A stretch of DNA of 64,000 nucleotides from an uncultured Pseudomonadales bacterium (GTDB lineage Bacteria > Patescibacteriota > Microgenomatia > UBA1400 > MFAQ01): positions 1,031-65,030 of the forward strand of contig CAYHNG010000005.1 of NCBI GenBank assembly GCA_964357975.1. Direction: 5' to 3'. Below the pieces are notes generated by a model. It did no database searches. It was not told the origin of the DNA and saw only the letters and a list, made by a program, of their open reading frames with translations. Made by a program: the position numbers and the translations under genes. Every line of letters starts with the position of its first letter. Position 1 is the stretch's first letter. Below are positions 55,161-64,000 of the stretch, in pieces.

Positions 55161-56630
55161 ATGCGAGCATCAACTATATTGAGAGACAACAGACTTAATC
55201 TGGTCGTTTTTTTGGGCGGGGCTGCGGGCATGATTATTGAGCTGGTAGCCTCTAGGGTAGTTTCGCCATATTTGGGAAATTCACTTATTGTTTGGACCAG
55301 TCTCATCGGAGTCATACTTGGCTGTCTTTCACTCGGGTATTATTTTGGAGGAAAACTAGCAGATCGTTTTCCTAGTTTCGAACGACTGGGAGAAATTATC
55401 TTGTGGGGGGCATTTTTCTTGTCGATGACCGCTTTCTTTAAAGAACCGGTTCTTTGGTTCATTCAATTTACACTTGGATCCGAGTTGCGTGTAGCTTCGT
55501 TTGTTTCGGTAATAGTTCTTTTTGGTCCGGTGAGTATTATTTTGGGTATGATTGCTCCATTTGCCGCTAAATTGCAACTTTCTAGCATTTTGGTTACCGG
55601 AAAGACGGTAGGAAACCTGTATGCCTTGTCGACCTTTGGTAGTATCTCTGGGACTTTTTTGGCAGGTTTTCTATTGATTCCTCTTTTTGGAAATAGCGAT
55701 CTTCTTTATGCTCTTTCTTTGGGCTTGGTACTGATTTCTTGTCTGGCTCAGTCTCAATGGAAGTTCCTACATAAATTGGTTATTGGCTTGCTGGTGTTGA
55801 TGTATGTCTTAAATCGGATTGGTGGTTTCTTTAGACTAAATACTTTGGCTGACTTGGACTCTGTGTATAACCGAATAATAGTGCGGAAGGCAACGGACGA
55901 ACAGTCAATAAAACTGGTAGTAATGAGTACTGACAATTCCGGAATTCAGTCCGCTATTCAACCCGATTCACCAAACGATCTTTACTTTGGGTACACACAA
56001 GCCTACCGATTAGCGGATCTGATCAACAAAAATGTGAAGAGGGCTCTAACTATTGGAGGGGGTGGATTTTCTTACCCAAGAGATTATTTGCTGACCCATC
56101 CAAGTGGGGAAATGGATGTGGTGGAGATTGATCCGGAAATGACATTGTTGGCCCAAAAATATTTTTTCCTAGCGGACGATCCACGTCTTCGTATTTTTCA
56201 TCAAGATGCACGGTTGTTGCTACAGCAGTCAAAAAATCGGTACGATGCAATCTTCTTGGACGCCTTTAATTCATTGACTCCCCCTTTCCATTTAACCACT
56301 AAGGAGTTTATGTTAGACATAAACCGGCATCTTGTCGATAATGGTTTCCTAATGATCAACTTGGTTTCGGCGATCACCGGAAAAAAGTCTCAATTCATGC
56401 TGGCCGAACGGAGTACATTGCTTTCGGTGTTTCCTTTCGTTGAGGTTTATGCAATAGAAGATCGGTCCGAAGAAGACGTACAAAATTTATTGGTGGTGGC
56501 CTATAAATCAAAACCAGAGATAGTTTTACCGCTTGGTAGACAGATAACCGAGTTTACTGACCAAAAGCGAATTTTAACTGACGAATGGTCACCGGTTGAG
56601 TATCTCACCAGGAACTTATATGTGAAATAA
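55161..56630 (+). CDS. membrane-anchored spermidine synthase-like (polyamine aminopropyltransferase family) protein
   Basis: Seven N-terminal TM helices fused to a C-terminal Rossmann methyltransferase-like domain (IGGGGFSYPRD, AIFLDAFNS). 489 aa. Confidence 0.65.
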   Translation: MRASTILRDNRLNLVVFLGGAAGMIIELVASRVVSPYLGNSLIVWTSLIGVILGCLSLGYYFGGKLADRFPSFERLGEIILWGAFFLSMTAFFKEPVLWFIQFTLGSELRVASFVSVIVLFGPVSIILGMIAPFAAKLQLSSILVTGKTVGNLYALSTFGSISGTFLAGFLLIPLFGNSDLLYALSLGLVLISCLAQSQWKFLHKLVIGLLVLMYVLNRIGGFFRLNTLADLDSVYNRIIVRKATDEQSIKLVVMSTDNSGIQSAIQPDSPNDLYFGYTQAYRLADLINKNVKRALTIGGGGFSYPRDYLLTHPSGEMDVVEIDPEMTLLAQKYFFLADDPRLRIFHQDARLLLQQSKNRYDAIFLDAFNSLTPPFHLTTKEFMLDINRHLVDNGFLMINLVSAITGKKSQFMLAERSTLLSVFPFVEVYAIEDRSEEDVQNLLVVAYKSKPEIVLPLGRQITEFTDQKRILTDEWSPVEYLTRNLYVK

Positions 56631-56684
56631 CTTATTGATAGTGCTTGATATCGGCACGGTGTGCGGTTTGTGTAGTAAACTGAA

Positions 56685-58391
56685 GTGATGGCTGCCCAGA
56701 ACTTGAGGATCTATGATTTAATGCGAGATGCCCGAATAATCCCGGAGGTGGATTTAGATGAGGCCTCCAAGACTGGAATCCATCTTAACGTTCCTTTGCA
56801 AGATGTCTTAATAGGTAGAAGATTAATTTCTAAAGATCGATTGGGGAATCTTATAGCCAATAGTTTGGGGATCGGATATATCAATTTGAAAGATATCACG
56901 ATCACGAAGGAGGTTTTATCATTTGTTAAAGAAGAACTAGCCCAAGAGAAAAAAGTCGTACCAATTGGCCGTGACGGATTTATCCTTCATCTGGCCATGA
57001 TGGATCCAATAAATTTGGAAACGATTAACTTTATTAGAAAAATTACTGGGATGAACGTAATCCCTTTTTTTGCTTTTGAAAGTGATATCAAGTTTGGTTT
57101 GCATCAGTACAAGTCTAGCCTGACTGAAAACTTTCAACAATTGGTGGATCAGGTCGCTAAACAACATCCTGGCAGAGTCACACCCCAAGAATTGGCAGAG
57201 GATGTATCTATTATTCAAGCGGTGGGGAGGATGCTGGAGTTTGCGGTAATTGCGGAAGCTTCCGATATACACATCGAGGCACTTGCTGACAGTGTCTTGG
57301 TACGTTACCGCATCGATGGCGTTCTTCACGACATGATTACTTTGCCAAAAAGTCTTCACCCGGCTATTGTAGCCAGAATAAAGATACTGTCTTCTTTAAA
57401 GTTAGACGAGACTAGATTGCCTCAAGATGGAAGATTGAAGTTTGAGTCGGACGAAGGAGATGTTGTAAGCCTGCGGGTGTCAATATTGCCGACCGTCGAG
57501 GGTGAAAAGATTGTTTTGCGTATATTGGAAAGTGGCGAGCTGTCACTCTCTTTAGAAGATTTGGGTTACGATCAGCGGAGTGTGGTGATAATCAAGAAAG
57601 CCCTTTCCAGGCCACATGGAATGATTCTAATCACCGGCCCAACAGGATCGGGCAAGACGACAAACATGTACACCATGCTAAATCTGTTGAACACCGGTGA
57701 AGTAAATATCTCAACAGTAGAAGATCCGGTGGAAAATCGAATTAGAAGAATCAATCAAACACAGATCAACGCTCAAATTAATTTTAGCTTCGCCGAGGGA
57801 TTAAGAGCTTTACTGAGACAAGACCCAGACATTGTGATGGTGGGAGAAATTCGAGATACAGAAACGGTGGGAATGGCTGTTAACGCTGCGATGACCGGAC
57901 ATCTGGTACTCTCGACTTTGCACACAAATGATTCACCCGGTGCTATTCCCCGCCTAATTGATCTGGGAGCCGAACCTTTTTTATTGGCATCCACCTTGGA
58001 GCTTGTCATTGCGCAGAGATTGGTCCGAAAAATCTGTCCAAAATGTCAGACGACCCAGCCGGCGAATTCGAAGATCTCTGACTATATCGTGGCCAACATA
58101 CTTGACACCGTTGAGCAGGAGGAAATTACAAAACTAATCCCCTCTCAAATAAAGGTAGCGCCCGGCTGTGATTTTTGTAAGTATACGGGATATTCCGGGA
58201 GGACTGGTTTATTTGAGATGTTTACCATAAATGAAGAAATCCGTCAGTTGATTTTGGATAGGTCCTCCGCCAATAAGATTAAGACCGCGGCTATTAGAAG
58301 TGGCATGCAAACGATGTTGGTCGACGGAATAAATAAAATTGCACAAGGCATCACTACCTTTGAAGAAATATTAAGAGTTACTCGAGATTAA
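56685..58391 (+). CDS. GspE/PilB-family secretion/assembly ATPase, paralog 2
   Basis: Walker A ILITGPTGSGKTTNMYTML, Asp/His boxes, tetracysteine CPKC...CDFC. 568 aa. Confidence 0.85.
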   Translation: MMAAQNLRIYDLMRDARIIPEVDLDEASKTGIHLNVPLQDVLIGRRLISKDRLGNLIANSLGIGYINLKDITITKEVLSFVKEELAQEKKVVPIGRDGFILHLAMMDPINLETINFIRKITGMNVIPFFAFESDIKFGLHQYKSSLTENFQQLVDQVAKQHPGRVTPQELAEDVSIIQAVGRMLEFAVIAEASDIHIEALADSVLVRYRIDGVLHDMITLPKSLHPAIVARIKILSSLKLDETRLPQDGRLKFESDEGDVVSLRVSILPTVEGEKIVLRILESGELSLSLEDLGYDQRSVVIIKKALSRPHGMILITGPTGSGKTTNMYTMLNLLNTGEVNISTVEDPVENRIRRINQTQINAQINFSFAEGLRALLRQDPDIVMVGEIRDTETVGMAVNAAMTGHLVLSTLHTNDSPGAIPRLIDLGAEPFLLASTLELVIAQRLVRKICPKCQTTQPANSKISDYIVANILDTVEQEEITKLIPSQIKVAPGCDFCKYTGYSGRTGLFEMFTINEEIRQLILDRSSANKIKTAAIRSGMQTMLVDGINKIAQGITTFEEILRVTRD

Positions 58392-59624
58392 ATGCCTGAA
58401 TTTGTCTATACAGGAGTAAGCCGGGATCAGTACAAAAGCGGCAGTTTGTCCGCCGGTTCGGACGCTGAAGCAGAAATGATTTTGTTGGAACAGGGAATAA
58501 CCGTGGTAAGTCTTGGTATCAAAAGACAGGTGAGTTTCGGAATATTTAGTAGTTATTTTTCGAGAATTTCCAGAGAGGTCAGTGAAAAAATGAGCCCTCA
58601 GGAAAAAGTGCTTTTTACGAGTCAACTTTCTTCGATGGTTAAAGCGGGGTTGCCTTTAATAGATGCTTTGGGGACGTTTGTTGATGAAAAAAGTAAAGGT
58701 GGGTCTGCGCTTGTTATCAACAAAATAATGCTCGATGTACAGTCCGGAGGGAAGCTGTCGGACGCATTGGCGCGTTTTCCCAAGATCTTTAACGCAACTT
58801 ATTTGGCGATTGTGCGAACCGGTGAAAATAGCGGCACTCTGGACGGTAGCTTGGGATATTTAGCCGACCTTTTGCGCAGGGAAAATGCTTTACTTACGAG
58901 AGTGAGGTCGGCACTAATTTATCCAACTGTGGTAGTAGTGGCAATGATTTCGGTGATGATCTTTATCAGTGTTTCAATTATTCCCAAAATCATCACCTTT
59001 GCTGAAAGTTCAGGACAAACATTACCCAGTTACACTTTGTTTTTGGTCTCAGCCGTTTCACTTGGGACGAAGTATTGGTATTTGGTATTGTCAGCGACGG
59101 TGGGTGTGCTGTTGGGGCTACTATTTTTCTTACGGAGTAGACGTGGCGGCCGGTGGTTGGGCAAAATTAGTCTCAAGTTGCCCTTGGTCGGCTTAGTGAT
59201 ATCAAGGTACAATCAGGCACGTTTCGCCAGGGTATTGGCCGGTTTCTATAATTACGGGGTGAATGTCGTAACATCCTTTGATATATTAGCGGCCAGCCTG
59301 GGGAACCCTTTATATAGTGATGCCTGCATAAGAATCAAAGACCGCTTGACCTTAGGGACTAGTTTGGCTGATGCGATCGCCGTGGAAAATGACCTCTTTC
59401 CAAGCATAATGACTAAATTGATTAAGGGTGCTGAAAAAACCGGGGTCATAGGTAACACTTTGGACAAATTGGCTCTCTATTATGAAGACGAACTGGAAAA
59501 CATATTGGGGAATATTTTGACATTAATCGAGCCGATTATGGTGTTTGTTTTGGGGTTTGGAGTATTGGGTCTTGCATTGGCCGTTATATTACCGATATAT
59601 AAAATAACCTCGACCTTAAAATGA
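58392..59624 (+). CDS. GspF/PilC-family platform protein, paralog 2
   Basis: Two T2SSF repeats, three TM helices. 410 aa. Confidence 0.85.
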   Translation: MPEFVYTGVSRDQYKSGSLSAGSDAEAEMILLEQGITVVSLGIKRQVSFGIFSSYFSRISREVSEKMSPQEKVLFTSQLSSMVKAGLPLIDALGTFVDEKSKGGSALVINKIMLDVQSGGKLSDALARFPKIFNATYLAIVRTGENSGTLDGSLGYLADLLRRENALLTRVRSALIYPTVVVVAMISVMIFISVSIIPKIITFAESSGQTLPSYTLFLVSAVSLGTKYWYLVLSATVGVLLGLLFFLRSRRGGRWLGKISLKLPLVGLVISRYNQARFARVLAGFYNYGVNVVTSFDILAASLGNPLYSDACIRIKDRLTLGTSLADAIAVENDLFPSIMTKLIKGAEKTGVIGNTLDKLALYYEDELENILGNILTLIEPIMVFVLGFGVLGLALAVILPIYKITSTLK

Positions 59625-60049
59625 TGATCATGCGTTTGCACACGGGCTTTACTTTATTTGAAGTCATAGCGGTGATGACGGTAGTCATGATAATTTCTAC
59701 ACTGGGAATTATTAACTTATCACGGTTACAGAGTGTATTTGTTCTGAGGAGTTCGGCTGACGAAATCAGAGCGATGATTCAGTACGGACGTGAATTGGCG
59801 GTTGCCAACAAGGACATGGCAAGCTACAGCCTTTCCCTTTCCGGGTCTGTTATCAAACTTCAAAAAAACGGGATGGAGTTTTCGCGGTACGTTGTTCCTC
59901 AGAAAGTAACAACAAACCCTTCATCTTTCAATTGGATTTTTTCCTCTATTACCGGTATTGTTCAAACATGTGCACCCTGTCAGTTACTGCTGACTTCGAA
60001 CGGACTAAATGAAATAATAAATATTCAGTCAAATGGCATTGTGGACTAG
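59621..60049 (+). CDS. pseudopilin (GspH/FimT-like)
   Basis: MMIMRLHTG|FTLFEVIAVMTVVMIIS prepilin signal. Confidence 0.6.
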   Translation: MMIMRLHTGFTLFEVIAVMTVVMIISTLGIINLSRLQSVFVLRSSADEIRAMIQYGRELAVANKDMASYSLSLSGSVIKLQKNGMEFSRYVVPQKVTTNPSSFNWIFSSITGIVQTCAPCQLLLTSNGLNEIINIQSNGIVD

Positions 60050-60512
60050 ACAGGATAACGGGTTTACCTTAGTCGAAGCGATGGTTTCGGTGGCGGTCCT
60101 GCTGGTATTGGCGGTGGGTAGTGTGGCGGCCAATAGATTAACCACCTCCAGCGTGACAATAAATCAGCTTCGTTCACAAGCAAATACCTTATCTGTTGAA
60201 GCGATGGAGGTGCTACAGAGTATGAGGGCTGAGAATTTTTTAGATTTGAGTGTGGGAGTTTTTCACCCCGTTTTTGACGGAAGCAGATGGAGCTTAGCGG
60301 CCGGACAGGAGATGATTGGGAGCTTTACCAGATCTATTACCCTTAGTCCGGTGCAGCGAAGCTTGGTTTGCTTTGCCGCCGTATGTGACATTACCGTTCA
60401 GGGTGGAATTGACGATCCGGGAAGTTTAAACGCCGACGTAAAGGTAAACTGGATGCAAAGCGGTCAAGACAAAGAAATTCATTTGACCTCATTAATTACA
60501 TACTGGCGATGA
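60033..60512 (+). CDS. pseudopilin (GspI/PilV-like)
   Basis: ...RQDNG|FTLVEAMVSVAVLLVLAVG. Confidence 0.6.
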   Translation: MALWTRQDNGFTLVEAMVSVAVLLVLAVGSVAANRLTTSSVTINQLRSQANTLSVEAMEVLQSMRAENFLDLSVGVFHPVFDGSRWSLAAGQEMIGSFTRSITLSPVQRSLVCFAAVCDITVQGGIDDPGSLNADVKVNWMQSGQDKEIHLTSLITYWR

Positions 60513-61000
60513 AAGGTTTTACGCTGTTCGAAACACTTCTTGCGATGACCATAGTATCCCTTGTAAGTATTACCTCCGTTTATATTTTGTTTTTAAGTTT
60601 AAACTTACGTGACTTAACATTGACTACGACTAAAACGGATGAAAGTGTCAGAGTATTTGAAAGATCTTTTCGAGAAGCCGTACTAGGAGCCCAAAGTATC
60701 TCCGGAGATACCCACTCTATTTTTTTACGATCTCAGTCTGAATGCTGGAGCTTTGTCTACGATGACGGAAACAAAAATGTCAGGTATTCGGCTAAAATGC
60801 AAAGTGGCTGTACTCCTGATATCAACCCAAGCGATTTCTTTTTTCCTTCCTCAACAAAAATTGAAGATATTTCTTTTATAGTATCTCCTATCTCCACAGG
60901 TGGCCGACTGGTGAAAGTGAATGGTACGATCCAAACAATACTCCCCTTTGATGTTTTTCAAAAATCTTTTTCCTTGTCATATGTCAACCTTATTGATTAA
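60509..61000 (+). CDS. pseudopilin (GspJ/PilW-like)
   Basis: MKG|FTLFETLLAMTIVSLVSI. Confidence 0.6.
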   Translation: MKGFTLFETLLAMTIVSLVSITSVYILFLSLNLRDLTLTTTKTDESVRVFERSFREAVLGAQSISGDTHSIFLRSQSECWSFVYDDGNKNVRYSAKMQSGCTPDINPSDFFFPSSTKIEDISFIVSPISTGGRLVKVNGTIQTILPFDVFQKSFSLSYVNLID

Positions 61001-62392
61001 ATGAACATCTGTAATACTGTAAACGGACAACTTGGTCAGGTCCGTCTGCAACAACGGGGCTGTAAGCACTTCGGGCAGGCCAGTCTGGTTTTGGTCTTGA
61101 TCTTAGGATTGGTTTCGATTATGAGTGTTCTGGCCAGTAGCTCCTTGTCGATTAGTAATGTCCAAATCGAGGATACCATTACTCAAACAAATCAGGCCTG
61201 GTATGCGGCATGGTCCGGAGTGGATGAGATCATGTACCGGCTTCGGTCTCATCAAGACTTCGGCAATTCTTATTCGGTAGGACTCACACTGTCCAATGGG
61301 GCAACCGTATCGGCTTCGGTGATCGGAGATGGTAACCAAAAGATAGTGAGGTCTTCCGGGTACGATGGTGGTGTCATAAAAAACTTAGAAGTGACAATTG
61401 CGTCGTCTTCGAGTAAAGCCAGTTTTGTATTTGCCGCACAATCAGGAGAAGGTGGTTTTGAGTTGGAAGGAAACACGACGGTAACCGGAAGCAATGGTGC
61501 ACCCGGAAATGTTTATTCAAACGGCCCGGTCTTGGGAATTAGAGCAAATTCAGGTAATGCGGGTTCGAAAATATTAGGAAGTGTCTGGGCGGTTGGAGCC
61601 ATTGGAGGCTTGAACTCTCCGAATAGCGGAGGTGTGTATATTCAAAAAAACGCTTGGGCGAGTACCATGACGGCCTGTCTAATTGGAGGGAGTGTCAGAG
61701 CCAGCTCACCACCCACAAACTGTCCTTATAGCGGCAGTTTTGAAATTACTTCACCACCTCTGCCGGCCACCCTGTCCAGTGTTGATGCGGCTTATTGGAA
61801 AAATAAAGCCCTTGAGGGAGGAATTTGGGATGGTGATTGTAACATCGCAAGTTCGGATGGAACCGATTGCTCGAACGGGACGAAAATTATAGGTAACAAA
61901 GAAATATTAGGAAACTTGAATGTTCCCAGCGGTGTAAACTTAACGATTAATGGTCCATTGTGGATTAAAGGTGATGTAAATATTTCCCAGAATAATATTC
62001 TCAGTACCAGTGAAGACACTAACAAAAACTCGATTATGATAGTTGCGTCGGATCCGGACAACCCCACGCTTAAGGGAAGGGTGGTAACCAGTAGCAATGT
62101 GCAGTTTAACCGTAATTCACAGGGGGCAGGGATAATTTTTATTTCTGAGAATCAAAGCATGGACTGTGCAAATTTACCGGCTATTGATATGACGAGCAAC
62201 ACAGCCACGGTCGTGTTTGTGGCAATCAACGGTTGTATCAACGTTGGGTCAAATTCGCAGATAAACGGAATATTGGGTAAGAAAATTCACATAAAGAACA
62301 ATTCGACAATTCAATATGACCCCAGCTTAGCGAGAGCGATCGTAGTGCCTGATAGTGGCGGATGGAATGTTGTGAATATCCGCGAGTATTAG
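61001..62392 (+). CDS. large PilX/GspK-like pilus-associated protein with Gly/Ser/Asn-rich repetitive domain
   Basis: N-terminus ...GQASLVLVLILGLVSIMSVLA (PilX_N-like), then about 400 aa of beta-rich G/S/N repeats. Confidence 0.45.
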   Translation: MNICNTVNGQLGQVRLQQRGCKHFGQASLVLVLILGLVSIMSVLASSSLSISNVQIEDTITQTNQAWYAAWSGVDEIMYRLRSHQDFGNSYSVGLTLSNGATVSASVIGDGNQKIVRSSGYDGGVIKNLEVTIASSSSKASFVFAAQSGEGGFELEGNTTVTGSNGAPGNVYSNGPVLGIRANSGNAGSKILGSVWAVGAIGGLNSPNSGGVYIQKNAWASTMTACLIGGSVRASSPPTNCPYSGSFEITSPPLPATLSSVDAAYWKNKALEGGIWDGDCNIASSDGTDCSNGTKIIGNKEILGNLNVPSGVNLTINGPLWIKGDVNISQNNILSTSEDTNKNSIMIVASDPDNPTLKGRVVTSSNVQFNRNSQGAGIIFISENQSMDCANLPAIDMTSNTATVVFVAINGCINVGSNSQINGILGKKIHIKNNSTIQYDPSLARAIVVPDSGGWNVVNIREY

Positions 62393-62407
62393 TAAGATGA
62401 TATATAG

Positions 62408-63862
62408 ATGCCTGCCAAACCATCATTAGGACTCTATTTTAACGACAACTTCATTGAATTGTCTCAGGTGTCTTCCGATGGTGAAAGGCTGGAAAGATTT
62501 AATCAATTGGTTTTACCCCCGGGCTTGGTGGTGAATAGTGAAATAAAGAATCGCGGTGGTTTTATCCAAATCCTTCAATTACTATTTGGTACGGCTAAGC
62601 CTAAACCAATTAGTTTAAATAGCGATGTAGTAATTGGGGTAAACGATAATCGAGTATTTTTAAGTGAATTTTCGGTTCCCAACGTACCGGGTAAAAATCT
62701 TAGCGACGCTATAGATTATCAGATACGTTCATTATTACCGGTATTGCCAAGCGGAGTGGAAACAGATTCGGTTATCCTCGGTAAGACGGTTGAAGGTCTG
62801 ATCGAAGTGTTGCTGGCGGCTATTCCAAGAACGATTATCGAAAACTGTGTTTCAATCTGCACTCACTTGGGATTGCGAGTTTTGGCTGTTGAACCGGCAG
62901 TTTTTGCGAATATTAGAATTATTGAACCGAACCAGCTTCTGGGTAAAAATTTACTGCTGGTTTATCTAGGCGATACTTTTGGTGTGTTTTCTTTTGTAAC
63001 CGGTGGCAACCCACGATTTTCGGATTTTTTGCCTCAGTCGGAGATCGATAAAAATGGAGGAATTTCTAAGACGATTACCTCGTATGTCAACTTTGCTAAT
63101 TCAAAACATCCCAACCGGCCTGTAACGGAGCTGCTTGTTTCAGGATCCAGACAAGATATCAATGACGTGGCGCTAGATCTCAAAACCCAAAATATCATTG
63201 CGACTAAAGCGGTCAGTCGTTTGGAGGGTACCAAGGTAATAAACCATACACTGTTACACACCTCCCACGGCTTGGGCCTTAAAACATTTGACTCACAGCC
63301 TTCGTTAAATCTTCTACCGGTCGATTTTCGGCTGGCCATTGTTAAGAACCGCCTGATGCGTTATTGGAGGGTTGCGATGGATATAGTAATAGCATTTTCT
63401 CTGGTGGGTGTCTTGGCTTTGTATTACATTGACGCGCAGGCAGTTACAGACAAAAATGAACTATCTATGCTTTCCGATCGGTATCAACAGCGACTACAAC
63501 TCCCACAAAGTCAGACACTTATATCTCAAGCCGAACATTTAAATCAGGTCACGGGTCAGCTGATGACCCTAAGAGAGAGTACAGGTGGTGAGGAAAATAT
63601 CTTGAAGGAACTTTCTGCAGTAACTCCGGAAGGAATTGTTTTGACCAGTTTGGTGATTAGCAGAAACCCTGGAGTAAAGAAGTTGTACGAACAGGGAAAC
63701 TCTTGGGTGATCACAGGATCGGCCAATTCAAGGCCGTTGGTACTAAGTTTTTATAACGATTTGCTCTCGAATACCACCTTTTCCGATGGTAAGCTTTATT
63801 TTGGGAGTTTGGAAAAAGAGGTTGGGATTACCTTTCGCATAGCTAACATACCCACCAAATGA
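62408..63862 (+). CDS. PilM-like actin-fold domain fused to a TM and periplasmic domain (GspL-like / PilM-PilN fusion)
   Basis: N-terminal roughly 300 aa PilM-like region, then TM WRVAMDIVIAFSLVGVLALYYI, then a C-terminal roughly 150 aa domain. 484 aa. Confidence 0.5.
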   Translation: MPAKPSLGLYFNDNFIELSQVSSDGERLERFNQLVLPPGLVVNSEIKNRGGFIQILQLLFGTAKPKPISLNSDVVIGVNDNRVFLSEFSVPNVPGKNLSDAIDYQIRSLLPVLPSGVETDSVILGKTVEGLIEVLLAAIPRTIIENCVSICTHLGLRVLAVEPAVFANIRIIEPNQLLGKNLLLVYLGDTFGVFSFVTGGNPRFSDFLPQSEIDKNGGISKTITSYVNFANSKHPNRPVTELLVSGSRQDINDVALDLKTQNIIATKAVSRLEGTKVINHTLLHTSHGLGLKTFDSQPSLNLLPVDFRLAIVKNRLMRYWRVAMDIVIAFSLVGVLALYYIDAQAVTDKNELSMLSDRYQQRLQLPQSQTLISQAEHLNQVTGQLMTLRESTGGEENILKELSAVTPEGIVLTSLVISRNPGVKKLYEQGNSWVITGSANSRPLVLSFYNDLLSNTTFSDGKLYFGSLEKEVGITFRIANIPTK

Positions 63863-64000
63863 AAGTTCAGCCACCAATAATCCAATTACTTTTATTATTT
63901 ATGATTGCGTTGGCGTCTGGGTTTTATTTTGTCAAGACGGTCAGGGATATAGAGAGTGTCAATAAATTGAAAGTGGAAGTGGCTAGACAGGAAACCAATA
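63859..64000 (+). CDS. PilO/GspM-like protein (5' part; continues beyond window)
   Basis: ATGA overlap with the upstream gene. MKVQPPIIQLLLLFMIALASGFYFVKTVRD: single TM, then a coiled coil. Confidence 0.35.
   Translation, partial: MKVQPPIIQLLLLFMIALASGFYFVKTVRDIESVNKLKVEVARQETN

Overview
This 64 kb window is compact (about 43% GC), densely coding on both strands and dominated by housekeeping genes with short overlapping operons. The gene content suggests a small-genome, Patescibacteria/CPR-like bacterium, but that placement is an inference. Supporting signs are a trigger factor without a PPIase domain, a short PheT, a delta'-like clamp-loader subunit without a P-loop, nucleoside-salvage genes (tdk plus a deoxyribosyltransferase-like gene), and two secretin-less type IV filament gene sets. 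Housekeeping content: a transporter block (EamA, MFS, a three-gene ABC-2 system), CutA, a CN-hydrolase-like gene, XerC/D-like recombinase, pyrG, NUDIX, gyrA, ppaC, gyrB, KhpA, rpsP, rnc, nusB, rpmF (missed by the ORF track), recG, a class A PBP, pheST, rplT-rpmI-infC, trigger factor, and four tRNAs (Val-GAC, Leu-TAG, Arg-TCG, Lys-CTT). Type IV pilus locus 1 is pilB-pilT-pilC-pilin-pilD, then an about 6 kb insert, then eight tandem pilin-like genes and pilM-pilN-pilO. The insert encodes secreted or membrane proteins, tdk and a deoxyribosyltransferase-RHH fusion. Locus 2 at the 3' end has a second PilB/GspE and PilC/GspF, three pseudopilins, a large PilX/GspK-like protein, a PilM-TM fusion (GspL-like) and a partial PilO/GspM-like gene. 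The most unusual signal is two divergent IS200/RAYT-like Y1 (HUH) transposase paralogs. Each is bracketed by its own 23-bp perfect palindrome, and each also carries two copies of that palindrome inside its reading frame. The arms covary between the paralogs while the encoded peptide LQGQAL is kept. Second, tRNA-Val and tRNA-Arg are each followed, after a terminator, by a roughly 20-nt duplicate of their own 3' end, with a shared GAACCTGCCG spacer motif; tRNA-Val also has 5'-fragment and minihelix remnants. Third, an about 38-bp GC-rich promoter-associated motif sits upstream of both infC and tRNA-Arg. Other points: a recurring terminator hairpin, a small Cys-containing protein gene with textbook promoter, SD and terminator, and two tandem pilin genes with unusually long, related leader peptides. 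No CRISPR array, RT or Cas genes were seen.
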